Of a stretch of 64,000 nt of DNA, positions 62,741 through 64,000 are shown piece by piece (positions within the stretch are counted from its first letter, which is position 1; every line of letters begins with the position of its first letter). Source of the DNA: Podarcis gaigeae (taxonomy: Eukaryota). The notes below the pieces were generated by a model. That model saw only the letters and a list, made by a program, of their open reading frames with translations. It had not been told where the DNA came from and did not search any database. The position numbers and the translations under genes were made by a program. The stretch lies in NCBI GenBank assembly GCA_964106915.2, contig OZ066915.1. One strand, 5' to 3'.

Positions 62741-64000
62741 TTTATTCTATGATTCCTCTAATTATTCTATGATTCCTCTATTTTAGCACATTTTGACTCA
62801 TTGTTCTTTATTCGCTTTACTCTCTAGAGTTCAGAAAAGTCTGTGCTACAAACTCAAACCAGTTCCTAGCATGTGAGTCCTTGGTACTGTCATTCTGTGA
62901 GAGAACTAGCATTACTACATGAAAGTAACATTCCTTTAGGAATCCTTACAAGCTGTGTTGAGATCCTCACACAGGTGCTATATGTAGAATTCATACTGGC
63001 ATGAATATGATCCATATCCACTGATTGGCATATCCAAATCCATCTTGATTGGCAGCAGGGCAGGCTTCAGTCCTTAAGTAGGCATGCAGATGCATTTGCA
63101 TACATGCACGGCTTTGCAGATCTGAATCCTCTGGGGAGCTTGATGTAGGGAGCGCTTTCATACTAGACTGAGTGGGTGAGTACAGGAGTAGGAATCCCTA
63201 AAAGGAATGTTGACATGCAGGCTGCATTGTGCTCAAGCAACAGCACACACACTGGGTTTCCTTTTAATTTAATTTTACAGTGGATTAGTCACCACCAGAG
63301 TCAAAGGGGCAGCAATATTGCCTATGCGTTATGCACACTGGTGGTTCACATGAGTTCATGTCCCCAGCAAAGTGGCTCAGAATTAATATAGCTCATATGT
63401 TGCAGAGGGTGGGATGAAAAGTCACTGCAGAATTAGACTAATGCAAAGCAGGGCGTGTGAATATCTTATCATTAGGCAAGCAAAATTCTCTGGATCATTG
63501 CTAAGCATACAAGACCAGAGAATGTAGCCCATTTCAGGTTGGAAGCAAAAGGCTTTTGAACTGGATCTATTACTATAGATGCTTCATGTAAGCAAAATAT
63601 ATATTAGTTCATTGTTACATTTTTGTTCTGCCCTTCCTCCAAGCAGCACATGGCTGTGTACGTGGTTCTCCCCATCATCTCATCCTTACAAGAACCCTTT
63701 GAGGTAGTCCAGTGCAGACCTGATCACTACACAAGCCCCAGGCTGGCATAGCCAACATCAGATATTTGTCTGCCTCTCTTCCTTCTGCCCCAGAAAAATG
63801 GGGTGAGCAATGGGGTTATGGATGAGGTGGTAACTATGCCACTTCATCATGTCTCACTGCTGCCCTGGTTTTGTTTGGATTGCTCTGTCAGGCTGTGATC
63901 CTGTGCTATCAAATTACTCTGTCCGGTGATTAAGAGGGGATATATTTGTCAGACCCCTCACCTGCCCAACATTGTGGAAAAATCTGCAGCCCTGATCTGG

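Noticed and set aside
53500-64000. Expected neighbour GRM2 (human synteny)
   Set aside because: No exon encoding mGluR-like sequence and no CpG-island promoter were found in this part of the window.

Overview
This is eukaryotic DNA, most likely from a lacertid lizard (Podarcis/Lacerta-like). The assignment is inferred from two young Sauria SINEs, BovB-type tails, Squam3-like SINEs, young L2 and L1/Tx1 copies and squamate MITEs. The only gene I can support is TEX264 (ER-phagy receptor and p97 cofactor) on the + strand. Its penultimate coding exon is 15407-15590 and its terminal exon is 46567-46889, which carries the SEHSYSESGASGSS-FEEL LIR motif; a 30,976-nt phase-1 intron separates them. Earlier TEX264 exons lie upstream of the window, and no exon of the human downstream neighbour GRM2 was seen. 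The rest is intron, 3' UTR or intergenic DNA with many transposable elements, several with readable target-site duplications (TSDs) and nesting. Most ORF-track entries are chance or repeat-derived ORFs. I found no clear-cut new biological system. The best leads are a frame-preserving 9-nt microexon candidate, changes in the TEX264 disordered tail, a possibly shared non-canonical L1/Tx1 target motif, a CpG-rich cargo element nested in a solo LTR, and a 153-aa antisense ORF with faint mariner-transposase resemblance. Repeat family names and human comparisons come from recalled consensus sequences, not from database searches.
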